Shown piece after piece: positions 47,039-56,479 of a DNA stretch of 60,274 bases; position 1 is the first letter of the stretch; each line of letters begins with the position of its first letter. The translations under genes were made by a program, and so were the position numbers. The notes beneath the pieces were generated by a model. The model was not told the origin of the DNA, did not search any database, and saw only the letters and a list, made by a program, of their open reading frames with translations. Source of the DNA: Escherichia phage phiG7; the sequence record OQ791410.1; one strand, written 5' to 3'.

Positions 47039-47134
47039 CTAATTTCGCATTGCCAGTACAACAATTAGCACCATTAACATTGCTCCAGCTACCATACCGA
47101 GCACAAATGCACTAGCTAATCCAATTAAACTCAT
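47039..47134 (-). CDS. 31-aa hydrophobic peptide
   Basis: RBS GGAG 8 nt upstream; single TM-like helix; below ORF-track threshold. Confidence 0.25.
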   Translation of the reverse strand: MSLIGLASAFVLGMVAGAMLMVLIVVLAMRN

Positions 47135-47228
47135 TTCAATATCTCCGATCAGTTTTATGTCATCAATATTTTAGCAATAACCCCCAAATTTTCAATGATG
47201 AATATGTTGATAGGGGTAGTTTCTAAGG

Positions 47229-47520
47229 TGGGTCGGGTCCATCTTCGCATGTAGGTGGATATTAAAATGACAGGTGTGTATGTGGGCAACAACATAGTTG
47301 ACGAGTTAGATTTTCAAACAAGGATACTATCAGGATGGACAGGGCACTCCCCAGCGCTCCAAGTACCTGGAAAAGGATGGGTCGGGTCGCGCGGCTGGGC
47401 CTGCGTGGGTCGGTGTGCGCTGTGCGAGCTGTGCGCGACGCTGTGCGCCTGTTTCGCCCGAGCTAATGCATTACCATTACCTATGTGCATTAGCTCGCTA
47501 GCGTGGCGCTGTGTGCGTTA
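47229..47520. repeat. GC-rich short direct repeats (TGTGCG x5, GGGTCGGGTC x2) plus 9-bp inverted repeat GCTAATGCA/TGCATTAGC
   Basis: Read directly; the only plus ORF here (47255..47560) gives a Cys-rich product that looks like a repeat artefact. Confidence 0.6.
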
Positions 47521-47676
47521 TAGCACCGCTCCTCCTTTACGGGCTTTACGAGCTGCATAACGCTGTTCCATTACTTCGTTGTATTTGCGATCCCATTTAG
47601 CATCCATTACTTCGGTCACGATCAGTGCTACCAGTGGACCTACTACTGCGACGACCATCATTATTAAGATTAACAT
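47518..47676 (-). CDS. 52-aa small membrane protein
   Basis: RBS GGAG; N-terminal hydrophobic helix then basic tail. Confidence 0.3.
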   Translation of the reverse strand: MLILIMMVVAVVGPLVALIVTEVMDAKWDRKYNEVMEQRYAARKARKGGAVL

Positions 47677-47888
47677 TTTGTTTTCTCCGTTGTTTGGTTG
47701 ATGTGTGTAGTATCAGGTATCCAAGCGAAGTTGATTAGGCCAATTGTGCTATTTGCACAATTCAGCATATATACTTTTACCGCGTATCATGGCGCTATAC
47801 CAGCCGTGAGCCGCATACTCTTCACGCATAGCTGCAATCAATAACGCGTGCTGTGCGCGTGTAAGCGAGTATTTGCGTGTCATAGTAG

Positions 47889-48173
47889 TTACCCCTTAAT
47901 CGCAATGAAGAACGTGATGCCGAGCGCTTTGTGCATGATTTCGCGTGCTGCGCGGATACCTTTATTCTTCGCAGCATGAGCAGCTTGCAACGCTGTATCG
48001 TGAACGATATTTTTAGCTGTGGTGTTGTCCACGTTAAGGCGGAAAGCAAAATCGGTTAGCGCGATGCATTGGCGGTTAGCATTGCGTGCAACGACAGACC
48101 CTTTTTGCAGGTTAACGATGATTTGTTTTTCGTTATTGCAATGGTCGAAGAACGACATAGTAACGATGGACAT
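47889..48173 (-). CDS. hypothetical protein, first gene of minus arm
   Basis: RBS AAAGGGG; 94-aa ORF. Confidence 0.35.
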   Translation of the reverse strand: MSIVTMSFFDHCNNEKQIIVNLQKGSVVARNANRQCIALTDFAFRLNVDNTTAKNIVHDTALQAAHAAKNKGIRAAREIMHKALGITFFIAIKG

Positions 48174-48435
48174 GATGTAAACCCCTTTAAGTTAATTTGT
48201 AGTACCCTTGCGGTATGTGTATATAGTAGTGCTAGACCGATCATGTGTCTACACCTTTTTGCATCTTTTTATAAAAATATTTTTGGCAGCTTTATATGTA
48301 TGTGTGCGCCCGCGCGAATACTCCAGATGATGTGATGTTAGTTAGGCCGTTTGTGCTAAACATGCAAGGCAAGCATAATTTTCACTAGATGCAAAACAAT
48401 ATCAAAATAGCACTTTTGGCCTATTCAATATCACG
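48174..48435. promoter_or_regulatory. AT-rich divergent intergenic region (probable divergent promoters)
   Basis: No credible ORF; flanked by divergently oriented genes. Confidence 0.45.
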
Positions 48436-48648
48436 ATGCAAGGCTATTATTACTTCAACAAAGCAATACTGCTTAACCACATCAAGGGTTGCATCATGGA
48501 ATTCAAATTAGTGGAACTCGCGTCCGGTAAAATAGCTGGTTATGTATCTGCTCCAAGTTGGGAGGAGGCCGAAATCTTCTTAATGGGTCAGTTCGATATG
48601 TACATTAGCGAAATTTACAAGGAATACAATTTGGTACAAATTAAGTGA
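48436..48648 (+). CDS. hypothetical small protein (possible start at MEFKL, 48496)
   Basis: First plus-arm ORF. Confidence 0.3.
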   Translation: MQGYYYFNKAILLNHIKGCIMEFKLVELASGKIAGYVSAPSWEEAEIFLMGQFDMYISEIYKEYNLVQIK

Positions 48649-48716
48649 TTTATATCTTTCCTAGTTGATCTGACTGGGCAATAATAAGTCAACTTAAACA
48701 AAACGAGGATTACATC

Positions 48717-48965
48717 ATGGCTACTTCTATCATCACCAAATTTTTGGCACCAACTAACACCAAAGGCGCACGCATTGCAGTTAAAGGTTTTGGCAAGCGC
48801 AAAGTCTATAGCTGGGACTATGCTATCGACGTAACGCTTAACCATAAAGCAGCAGTACAGCAGTTCCTCAAAGCGTTTAACGCCGAAAACGACACCGACT
48901 ATGGCATCGTTGCTTTCGCAAGCATGGATATCGCAACCGCCGATTTCGTAGCAATCGTGCAATAA
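48717..48965 (+). CDS. hypothetical protein
   Basis: RBS GAGGA; 82 aa. Confidence 0.4.
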   Translation: MATSIITKFLAPTNTKGARIAVKGFGKRKVYSWDYAIDVTLNHKAAVQQFLKAFNAENDTDYGIVAFASMDIATADFVAIVQ

Positions 48966-49038
48966 GTTTTCTTATACCTTGCCTACTATCACGGTAGGCA
49001 ATAATAAGCAAACTAACTTTAACGAAAGGAGCTATACC

Positions 49039-49653
49039 ATGTCTAAAGTAACTCACCGCGAACAGGACAAAATGCGTTACACCATGAAAACGAATGCACG
49101 CCGCGCTCTTAAGACCCGCTGGGGCCAGGTTGCACGCGACGCACACGAACAGTTAATCCATCAGGACGACATTGGTTTTTACATTATCGAGAAGGAAGTC
49201 CTTCAGGTGCTGCGCGAGCACGAAAAAGCTCAAAAGCCCGAGCAGAAAGTCCCCGCACCGACCGCCGCGCCAGCTGCTAGCGTCTCGGTACTGCGCCCGA
49301 TGGTAAATCCGGAAATTGTCAAAAGCTGCCTCGAAGCTTTGGAGCAGGAGGAAGAGAAAGATATGAAACACGCAAAAGCTGCCACGCAGGTTTCTGAAAT
49401 CAAAATTGAAGAGCCAAAAGCTGCCGCGCCAAAACAAAATGCAAAAGCTGCTCGCTGCGATTTCAAAAATGGCGCTCGCAAGCCGCTTAAAGGGAAAACT
49501 GCCGAAGTGTGGGCAATGGGTGACAAGCTTCTGAAGGAACTGGGCCTCACGCCGGAGCTGAAAGAGATGAAAGCTGCAATGCCTTCTTACAACGGGACAA
49601 CGGTCGCCATTCAGTTCTACGCCTGGCGCAAATACAACGGACTGGAGGGTTAA
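49039..49653 (+). CDS. hypothetical protein
   Basis: RBS AAAGGAG before ATG at 49039. Confidence 0.4.
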   Translation: MSKVTHREQDKMRYTMKTNARRALKTRWGQVARDAHEQLIHQDDIGFYIIEKEVLQVLREHEKAQKPEQKVPAPTAAPAASVSVLRPMVNPEIVKSCLEALEQEEEKDMKHAKAATQVSEIKIEEPKAAAPKQNAKAARCDFKNGARKPLKGKTAEVWAMGDKLLKELGLTPELKEMKAAMPSYNGTTVAIQFYAWRKYNGLEG

Positions 49654-50004
49654 TTAAATGCAAGCGCTCATTCAATTCTGGCTGGACTATAATGATTTTC
49701 TGGTTGTTATACCTGTATGTAAAATTATCGCAGCAAATCAAAAATTAAAAGCAAGGTATTCACTGGCATAATCTATAACCACACTGTTCACTGACGGGCT
49801 TCTGCGGGAGCCCTAAGGATAAGAAAATGCAATTAGATAGCTTCGCAACTCAATACTTAAAAGACCTTCAACGTCGTGTAAATGAAGCTCGCGCCAAAGA
49901 AGGCCTTAAACCTCTAAACCAGTCCCAGCTTGTTGGCGAATTAATCGAGCAAGCTGCTACTCAGTCAACATTATTTGTTGGCTCTGTATTCGTCCGCAAA
50001 TAAA

Positions 50005-50677
50005 TTCTAACTTCTCCGGGCCAGCCCTCCTACTGGTCCGGTTAACCGCGCAATAAAGTCCTCCTCCAATATCCCGCGATTAAGCGCATTATAGCTTGAT
50101 ATACCTTCCGATCACAATAGTTCAATAAATTTCCCTCAAAAGCACTTGACTTCTCATTTTTGATCTGCATCCGTTCAGGTTTATGAAGTTTTATATGGTT
50201 TATATAATGACCATAAACTCGTCAAATAATACCAATAGGTAATATATGCATTAATAATAAATCCTTATTTTATATATATTTATAGTTATTATTTACTATT
50301 AGTTTAATTATATTTGTTTTAGTTAGTTGACTGAAAGTTTATAAGTTTATAGGGAGCGAGCCAACCGAGATTTCATAAAATGCATAGTATAGTGGTATAG
50401 TGACATTCACTATGTTTCACTACTACTACTAATTCTTTGTTTGAAAACGGGGTAATAAGGGGAAAACCGTAAACTTATAAACTTTGCTCTGTGTCAAAAA
50501 TAAAAATTAGTGAATAGTGAAATAGTGGTTTATAGTGGCAAACTTTTACAAAGCCAGTAACGGCGCACTATACACATTTTGCCCACTATGTACGCCACTA
50601 AGCACTATATTAAAACAATCCTTGCAAATAGCTAATGTCTGTTTTATAGTGGCTTCACCAGTTGACTAGGAGGATTT
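50005..50677. repeat. AT-rich intergenic region with at least 8 TATAGTG(G) copies in both orientations and a 16-bp inverted repeat pair (50334-50349 / 50470-50485)
   Basis: Direct reading; no ORF of 60 aa or more. Confidence 0.7.
50622..50650 (+). promoter_or_regulatory. sigma70-like promoter candidate
   Basis: -35 TTGCAA, 17-bp spacer, -10 TATAGT, about 27 bp upstream of RBS AGGAGG of the 50678 gene. Confidence 0.45.
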
Positions 50678-51421
50678 ATGAGCGAAGAAACTATCACATC
50701 CGCACCATTAACATCTAAAACTGTGGTTAAAGATTTGTGTTTTGCTGCGTGGGTTGTGCAAGCTTGCTCGCAGTTGCGCGGTGCGCCAACCAAATCACAG
50801 GCGCTTGCTATGGTGGAGGATTACTTCAACGAAGATGTGGAACAGCCTGTTAAAAAAGCTGTAAGACAAAAAGCGGGAAAGCTGGATGCAGAACGGGCGG
50901 CTTTCCTTGCATGGGTTAGCGATAAGCTAGGACATGATCTGGATGCCAAAGAGCTTCGCAGCTATACGGGCAAATTCAATTACCACATGGGCAAGGGTAA
51001 CGACCCATATGAAGAAGCATTTAAGGTAAAAGAAGATAAGGGTAAGGCGGGGCGCAAGGAAAACGTCGATCTTAAAGCATGGATAGAGCGCCAAGCCTTG
51101 CTCAAAGGAGATCCTTTGACAGATAAGGAAGCGGATAAATTGACACATCGTTGGTACAGGATGCGCCGGAGCGGCGATGTTCGGGACTGGGATAATCGCG
51201 GTCGCTGGCCTACCTGTTCCCTGCACCATTATGAAACCGCTACTGCTATCCGTGTCAAGCTCGGCGCTCATTGGGTAGACCTTGCACTATACAGGGATGC
51301 TGAGCAGGCTAAAAATATTCTTCCGAACATTGATAATTGGCTTATTAGCTTAAGACAGGGAAGGGAGCCGCAGGACGTTATGTTAGAAGTTAGTAACCAT
51401 ATTATCACAACTCCGCAATAA
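50678..51421 (+). CDS. hypothetical protein (first gene downstream of iteron region)
   Basis: Strong RBS AGGAGG; 247 aa. Confidence 0.45.
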   Translation: MSEETITSAPLTSKTVVKDLCFAAWVVQACSQLRGAPTKSQALAMVEDYFNEDVEQPVKKAVRQKAGKLDAERAAFLAWVSDKLGHDLDAKELRSYTGKFNYHMGKGNDPYEEAFKVKEDKGKAGRKENVDLKAWIERQALLKGDPLTDKEADKLTHRWYRMRRSGDVRDWDNRGRWPTCSLHHYETATAIRVKLGAHWVDLALYRDAEQAKNILPNIDNWLISLRQGREPQDVMLEVSNHIITTPQ

Positions 51422-51485
51422 TGCAAAATAGTTGCAAAGTAAGGCTTTACTGTGTATTGTGTGGACGGTTGTAACGGAGGGTATT

Positions 51486-51689
51486 ATGGATCACGAATCG
51501 GAATTTGATTTGAACTACATAACGGCGGCGGAAATCGAAGACCGTTATGGCATATCTAAGTTTAAGATGTCGCGCATACGTGACAGCATCCCGGGCGCTA
51601 TCAGAATTGCTAACCAGTACATCTACAAACGCTCCTTAGCAGTGCCCGCTCTGGAAAAGATGCAAGGCGATAAGCGTCGGAGGTCATGA
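51486..51689 (+). CDS. small DNA-binding (HTH-like) protein
   Basis: Start at MDHESEF with RBS GGAGGG; ITAAEIEDRYGISKFKMSRIR resembles a helix-turn-helix. Confidence 0.35.
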   Translation: MDHESEFDLNYITAAEIEDRYGISKFKMSRIRDSIPGAIRIANQYIYKRSLAVPALEKMQGDKRRRS

Positions 51690-51901
51690 TGGTACTTTAT
51701 GAATTTGGTCAAACTAAGCTTCGGGAACAGGGTTGGTTTATTGGGCATTACATGCATTACCGCACAGCTTATATTATGGTTGCAGACGCTATCGTTTACC
51801 TTGGACATTATGAGAGCTATCTGGATGCCGAGAAAGCCATTAACAAGACTAAGGAATGTTTATTAGCTGCGGTTGGTCGTGCAATGGTTGGTTCTCTGTA
51901 A
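51686..51901 (+). CDS. hypothetical small protein
   Basis: 71-aa ORF. Confidence 0.3.
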   Translation: MMVLYEFGQTKLREQGWFIGHYMHYRTAYIMVADAIVYLGHYESYLDAEKAINKTKECLLAAVGRAMVGSL

Positions 51902-51912
51902 AAGGATAAGTC

Positions 51913-54255
51913 ATGGAACTATTTCCCGCTGAAATTAAAGCTTTCCCACAATGGGCGGTCGCCGATGCAGATAAAAAGCCGCTTGTATGGGATAACGATA
52001 TCGGACGTTTGATGGCGGCGGACGTTACCGATCCGGATATGCTAATGACGTTTGAAGCTGCCAAAGGTTGCGCCGCTCATTTCAATAAACCTTACATCGG
52101 CTTCGTGCTTACTGCACAAGACCCGTTCACCTGCATCGACCTGGATGTGAAGAACGCAACCAACGAACCGGATCCCAAGAAGCACACAACGCCAGAACAG
52201 TTGCGCCGCTTCGAACAGATCATGACCGCGTTCGATACTTACACCGAAGTAAGTCGCTCAGGCTTGGGCGTCCACCTGTGGTTAAGAGGGAACATCGGTA
52301 AAGGTCGTCGACGTGATGGTGTCGAGGTTTATAGTCAGGAGCGTTTTATTATTTGCACGGGCAATCCTGTTTATAACAAACCAGTTGCCGAACGTAATCA
52401 TTACCTTACTATGCTTGTGAATGAAATTGATCTTCAGCGCAAGACATATGAAATTGAACTGGTAGAAAAAGATCCGGTAGAAGACGATGCGACTATTCAC
52501 CAGCGCGCACTTGAAGCGGACAACGGGGATAAGTATGCACGCCTATTCAATGGCGAATGGGTTGAAATGGGATTCCCTTCCCAGTCTGAAGCAGATCTTG
52601 CTCTTATTTCTATGTATGCATTTTACACAGAAAGTAATGAGCAATGCCGCCGTCTGTTCCGTTATAGTGCACTGGGCAAACGTGAGAAGGCTAATAAGAA
52701 CAATGTTCATATTGACCGTTGTTTGCGTATGTGTCGCGGTCGTATGGAGCGTGAGCGCATTGCTCAGGAAAACGTAGCGGCGCTGGCGCGGGATTACGCT
52801 GCTCGTATGCAAGCCGCACACAGTGCAATTCAGCAGGTAACGGAAATGCCTGTAATTGTCGAAACAACACAGGGGCAGACAGTAGTTGCGGAAAGTACAT
52901 CCATTGATGCAACAGCTATTGACTGGCCACCGGGACTCGCTGGGGAGCTTGCGAAGTACATCTACAAAGCATCCGTCCGACCAGTAAAAGAAATCTCTAT
53001 TGTGACCGCGCTCGGCTTTATGGCTGGGGTATGCGGGAAAGTATGGCAGATCCCGCAATCCGGTCTTAATGGCTATTTTGTCTTAATTGCTCGTTCTGGT
53101 GTTGGTAAAGAGACGTTGAACAGCGGGCTGTCTAATATAGTTAGCCAGATTCAGGACAAGTTTCCGCAGATTCATAGCTTTGTATCTTTTGATAGATGCG
53201 CTTCTGGATCTGCACTGCGTAAATCTTTTGCAGACAAACAATCTTTTATCAACCTGAATGGTGAGTTCGGTAAGATTATCAAAGCAATGGCAACGGCTCC
53301 AGCAGGCTCGCCGATGCAAAGTTTCAAGAATGATCTTACCGATGTTTATCAAAAGTCCGGTCAGATGTCTATTGTTGGTGGTATGTCTTATTCTGATAAG
53401 GCTAATAATACTGAAGCTCAACAAGGTGTGGCATATAGCATCATGGGTGAAACGACACCGGATACGTTCTTTGAAGCATTAACCCGAGAAATGATGGAGG
53501 ATGGATTCTTATCCCGTTTCCATGTTGTACGCTATGAAGGTGATCGACCACCTTTAAACAAAAATCAGCAGACTACAATGGATCAGCATTTGAAGGACAT
53601 GGTGTGCCATCTTGTTAACCACACTTTAGTAACCATGGCAAAGCATCAGAGTATTGAAGTACAGTTTAGCCCGGATGCGGAAGCATTATGCGATCAGTTT
53701 AACGATGAATGTGATCGCAATATTAACGCAACCAAAGACGAAGCGATCCGTCAGCCGTGGAACCGTGCTCACCTAAAGGTCTTGCGACTTTCTGCCTTGT
53801 TAGCTGTTGGTGAGAACTGGATCAATCCGGTGGTACAAACCTATCATGTGCAATGGGCTTTGGACTTCGTGCGTCATGGGCAGGATATTATTATGAAGGA
53901 ATGGCATAGCGGAGGCATTGGGACTAATGATGAAGCTCGTATCCGTACTATGTGTCAGGTCTGTGTGAATTATCTAACTAAAGACTGGGTGAAAGTTAAA
54001 CGTGTAGATTTGCGCAAAGAAGGTATTATCACGCGGGGTGATATTACTACGCGTCTTGCAAGTAAGTCCGCGTTTAAAAACTATCATCACGGATTATCCG
54101 CTGCAATCGAGTCTACAATCAAGGAGATGGTTGCTATGGGTGCACTTGTTCCGGTAACACGGGAGGAGACTATTAAACTGGGATTTACTGGGGCAGCTTG
54201 GCGCATTACGCAAGATGTTGAAGGAATTATGGCAAACTTAGGTGAAGAGGAATAA
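51913..54255 (+). CDS. primase-helicase (AEP-type prim-pol domain fused to P-loop helicase)
   Basis: Prim-pol motifs CIDLDV and SRSGLGVHLW; Walker A ARSGVGKET. Confidence 0.65.
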   Translation: MELFPAEIKAFPQWAVADADKKPLVWDNDIGRLMAADVTDPDMLMTFEAAKGCAAHFNKPYIGFVLTAQDPFTCIDLDVKNATNEPDPKKHTTPEQLRRFEQIMTAFDTYTEVSRSGLGVHLWLRGNIGKGRRRDGVEVYSQERFIICTGNPVYNKPVAERNHYLTMLVNEIDLQRKTYEIELVEKDPVEDDATIHQRALEADNGDKYARLFNGEWVEMGFPSQSEADLALISMYAFYTESNEQCRRLFRYSALGKREKANKNNVHIDRCLRMCRGRMERERIAQENVAALARDYAARMQAAHSAIQQVTEMPVIVETTQGQTVVAESTSIDATAIDWPPGLAGELAKYIYKASVRPVKEISIVTALGFMAGVCGKVWQIPQSGLNGYFVLIARSGVGKETLNSGLSNIVSQIQDKFPQIHSFVSFDRCASGSALRKSFADKQSFINLNGEFGKIIKAMATAPAGSPMQSFKNDLTDVYQKSGQMSIVGGMSYSDKANNTEAQQGVAYSIMGETTPDTFFEALTREMMEDGFLSRFHVVRYEGDRPPLNKNQQTTMDQHLKDMVCHLVNHTLVTMAKHQSIEVQFSPDAEALCDQFNDECDRNINATKDEAIRQPWNRAHLKVLRLSALLAVGENWINPVVQTYHVQWALDFVRHGQDIIMKEWHSGGIGTNDEARIRTMCQVCVNYLTKDWVKVKRVDLRKEGIITRGDITTRLASKSAFKNYHHGLSAAIESTIKEMVAMGALVPVTREETIKLGFTGAAWRITQDVEGIMANLGEEE

Positions 54256-54280
54256 ATAAAGGACCTTTCGGCCCTTTATT
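54256..54280. terminator. bidirectional terminator-like hairpin
   Basis: AAAGGACC-TTTC-GGCCCTTT (one mismatch) with flanking A/T tracts. Confidence 0.45.
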
Positions 54281-54281
54281 G

Positions 54282-54506
54282 TTAGTTGAGATAGTAATCA
54301 TCGACGTCGTACCTTGCCATAATTTCGGATGCTTCCGCCGCACTTTCCGCTTCTTCATAGGCTTGCTCAGCGTCGTCATAAGTACCGTAATACATCCAAC
54401 CTTCACCCATTGGACGGATATATGCTTCAAATTTGCCAGTACGCGGGTGACGTACAACTTTATAATCCGCGCCCATTGTGCTATATACTTTATTCAGCAT
54501 GACCAT
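54282..54506 (-). CDS. small acidic protein on the opposite strand within the replication arm
   Basis: RBS GGAGG; promoter-like TTTACA-17 bp-TACTAT upstream on minus strand. Confidence 0.45.
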   Translation of the reverse strand: MVMLNKVYSTMGADYKVVRHPRTGKFEAYIRPMGEGWMYYGTYDDAEQAYEEAESAAEASEIMARYDVDDYYLN

Positions 54507-54747
54507 TTTGTAATCCTCCGCTCTGTTTATGGGTTAATAGTACAGTTAGACTGATCAGATGTAAAGGCAAATCGTGCTATTTTATAGATGCATTTCAAGT
54601 CTAAAGTTGTTGCATACATCGCAAGTCCTGCTATACTTACAGCATAAAGTTAACGGAGGGAACAATGTTCGAGCTTTTAAAATTATTTGCGGGTGCTATT
54701 TTCGTAGCTGGTTATTTCTGGTTTATGTATATTCTGTGAGGTGTAAG

Positions 54748-54975
54748 ATGAAAATTGAATTAGAAGTTATTGAAGGTCAGGCTCCGGTTGATGAATTTGG
54801 TCACATTGACAATGATGTAATTATTATCGGATTAGACGGTTCTTTACATGCTGTAGGTAATCAAAATGTAATGGGAGGTCTTTGTAATTGTTGCAGTGAT
54901 AATTTTCCAAAACACAATCGATATATTCTCATCCCTAAAAATATCAAAGACTGTGAGGTGTGTGATGAACATTAA
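54748..54975 (+). CDS. hypothetical small Cys-containing protein
   Basis: RBS GAGGTG; CNCC and CEVC pairs. Confidence 0.35.
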   Translation: MKIELEVIEGQAPVDEFGHIDNDVIIIGLDGSLHAVGNQNVMGGLCNCCSDNFPKHNRYILIPKNIKDCEVCDEH

Positions 54976-55219
54976 AGATTTTCCTGTGTTACCTAGAGTG
55001 ATACCGCCTAAGTCTACTAGCACATATTTCAGAATAGGATTTATCTTAGAATACCAATTAAATCTTCTCGGCCATTTAACAAAAGAGTTAGAAAAACTGA
55101 AAATTAATAATATTGGGCAATTGCGCAAAAAGCTCAGGGTTAAACTCCGTATAAGTGAATTGAATAAATGTATTGCACAGCTTTCTAGATATAGAACAGT
55201 AGTCAAGTTTAAGCTGTAA
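54965..55219 (+). CDS. hypothetical small protein
   Basis: ATG overlapping upstream stop. Confidence 0.3.
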   Translation: MNIKDFPVLPRVIPPKSTSTYFRIGFILEYQLNLLGHLTKELEKLKINNIGQLRKKLRVKLRISELNKCIAQLSRYRTVVKFKL

Positions 55220-55267
55220 GTATTAACTAACTTATACAATGTATTAACGAAACAGAAAAGGTGGACT

Positions 55268-55585
55268 GTGATGAGTATTGTAAACACTATCTGTGAAGCA
55301 ATTTATGCGGAGCTTATTCGTATTGAAACTAATCTGCATAAAGAAGGGCGAAAAGAAATCAAAAGAATTCTTGTAGATTTCCCAACGGCAATGGATATTC
55401 GAAGAGATGGTCATTTATACTATTGGGGTAGTGAATACATCGACGAATGTGATGGGGGGCATTGTATCCACATGGCTATTATGAATTACCCTATTGTTCC
55501 AACCGATCAAGTAACAGGTTTTGAGTTGATGTTAAATGATGGTACTTTAGCACCAAAAGCGGCAAAGGGAACCGCGCAAAATTGA
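55268..55585 (+). CDS. hypothetical protein
   Basis: RBS AAGGTGG; 105 aa. Confidence 0.4.
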   Translation: MMSIVNTICEAIYAELIRIETNLHKEGRKEIKRILVDFPTAMDIRRDGHLYYWGSEYIDECDGGHCIHMAIMNYPIVPTDQVTGFELMLNDGTLAPKAAKGTAQN

Positions 55586-55897
55586 AGCTTGCCATTCAAG
55601 ACTGCATCCTTTAAGATAACCACAGTTAACGAGGTTTAACAATTTAACAACATTAACTTAGTGAACGATGCTTAACTCAAGCCCTTGAAAGCGGTAGCTG
55701 TACCTCCTTACAGCAACTACTTTCGCTGGGCTTCCTGGAGCGGACAGGATAAACCCGCAACTTACTGAACGATGTGAACGATGTTTAACGCGACGGCGCC
55801 AGATGTACCAAACCGTCACCAGCCTTTGGCGAGGCTGTACAAGTAGGCCAGGATAGACGAAGACGGCAGTCAAAGTAAGCTATCCGACAATCAAGAG

Positions 55898-55930
55898 AGC
55901 CCAGGAATCCTTATGCCTGGGCTTTTTTGT
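55898..55930 (+). terminator. strong rho-independent terminator
   Basis: AGCCCAGG-10 nt loop-CCTGGGCT followed by TTTTTTGTT. Confidence 0.8.
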
Positions 55931-56002
55931 TCCTTGAGATCAACAGAACTTCAATATAAAATTCTTTATGAAGTGTTTTACATTAAAGTTATGGAGACAA
56001 AC

Positions 56003-56470
56003 ATGGCAGTAAATATTCGCGCTAAAGGTCAACGCGGTGAGCGGGAAGTATGCGATTTCTTTAATGCAATTTATGCCGAAATCTACGCAGAGCTGGGGAT
56101 GCAGTTACCGGAAAAACCTATTGCTCAGCGTAACCAGAATCAAAGTGCGGTCGGTGGTTGCGATATTAGCAATACATGCCACCATGCGGTTGAAGTAAAA
56201 AACCATGCTACGCCACAGGTGAACACATGGTGGAAGCAGACTGTTCAATCCGCTAAAGAGCTTGGCAGATATCCAGTTCTGATGTATAAAATAGAACGTA
56301 AAGGATGGAAGGTTGTTCTACCACTCAATCCAGTTGTCTTTAGCAATGGCGAGTGGCAGTGGTACGAAGTTAAAGATTCCATCCGCGCGGAGATTAGTCT
56401 TGATGACTACCGCATTATTTTTAAAGCGCACGCGAAACAATGGTTGATTGATCGCGGTTCAATCCAATAA
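56003..56470 (+). CDS. PD-(D/E)xK nuclease, Hjc/RecU-like Holliday junction resolvase candidate
   Basis: KGQRGEREV N-terminal motif and D...EVK catalytic motif (GGCDIS...AVEVKN). Confidence 0.45.
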   Translation: MAVNIRAKGQRGEREVCDFFNAIYAEIYAELGMQLPEKPIAQRNQNQSAVGGCDISNTCHHAVEVKNHATPQVNTWWKQTVQSAKELGRYPVLMYKIERKGWKVVLPLNPVVFSNGEWQWYEVKDSIRAEISLDDYRIIFKAHAKQWLIDRGSIQ

Positions 56471-56479
56471 GGTGAAATT

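Noticed and set aside
47255-47560. 101-aa plus-strand ORF with Cys-rich product
   Set aside because: Product composition derives from TGTGCG repeats; it overlaps the 3' end of a minus-strand small ORF; treated as non-coding repeat region.
55590-55930. Possible tRNA gene in the ORF-free region
   Set aside because: No GTTCRANYC T-loop or 7-bp acceptor stem could be found by eye; kept only as a generic ncRNA/regulatory candidate.
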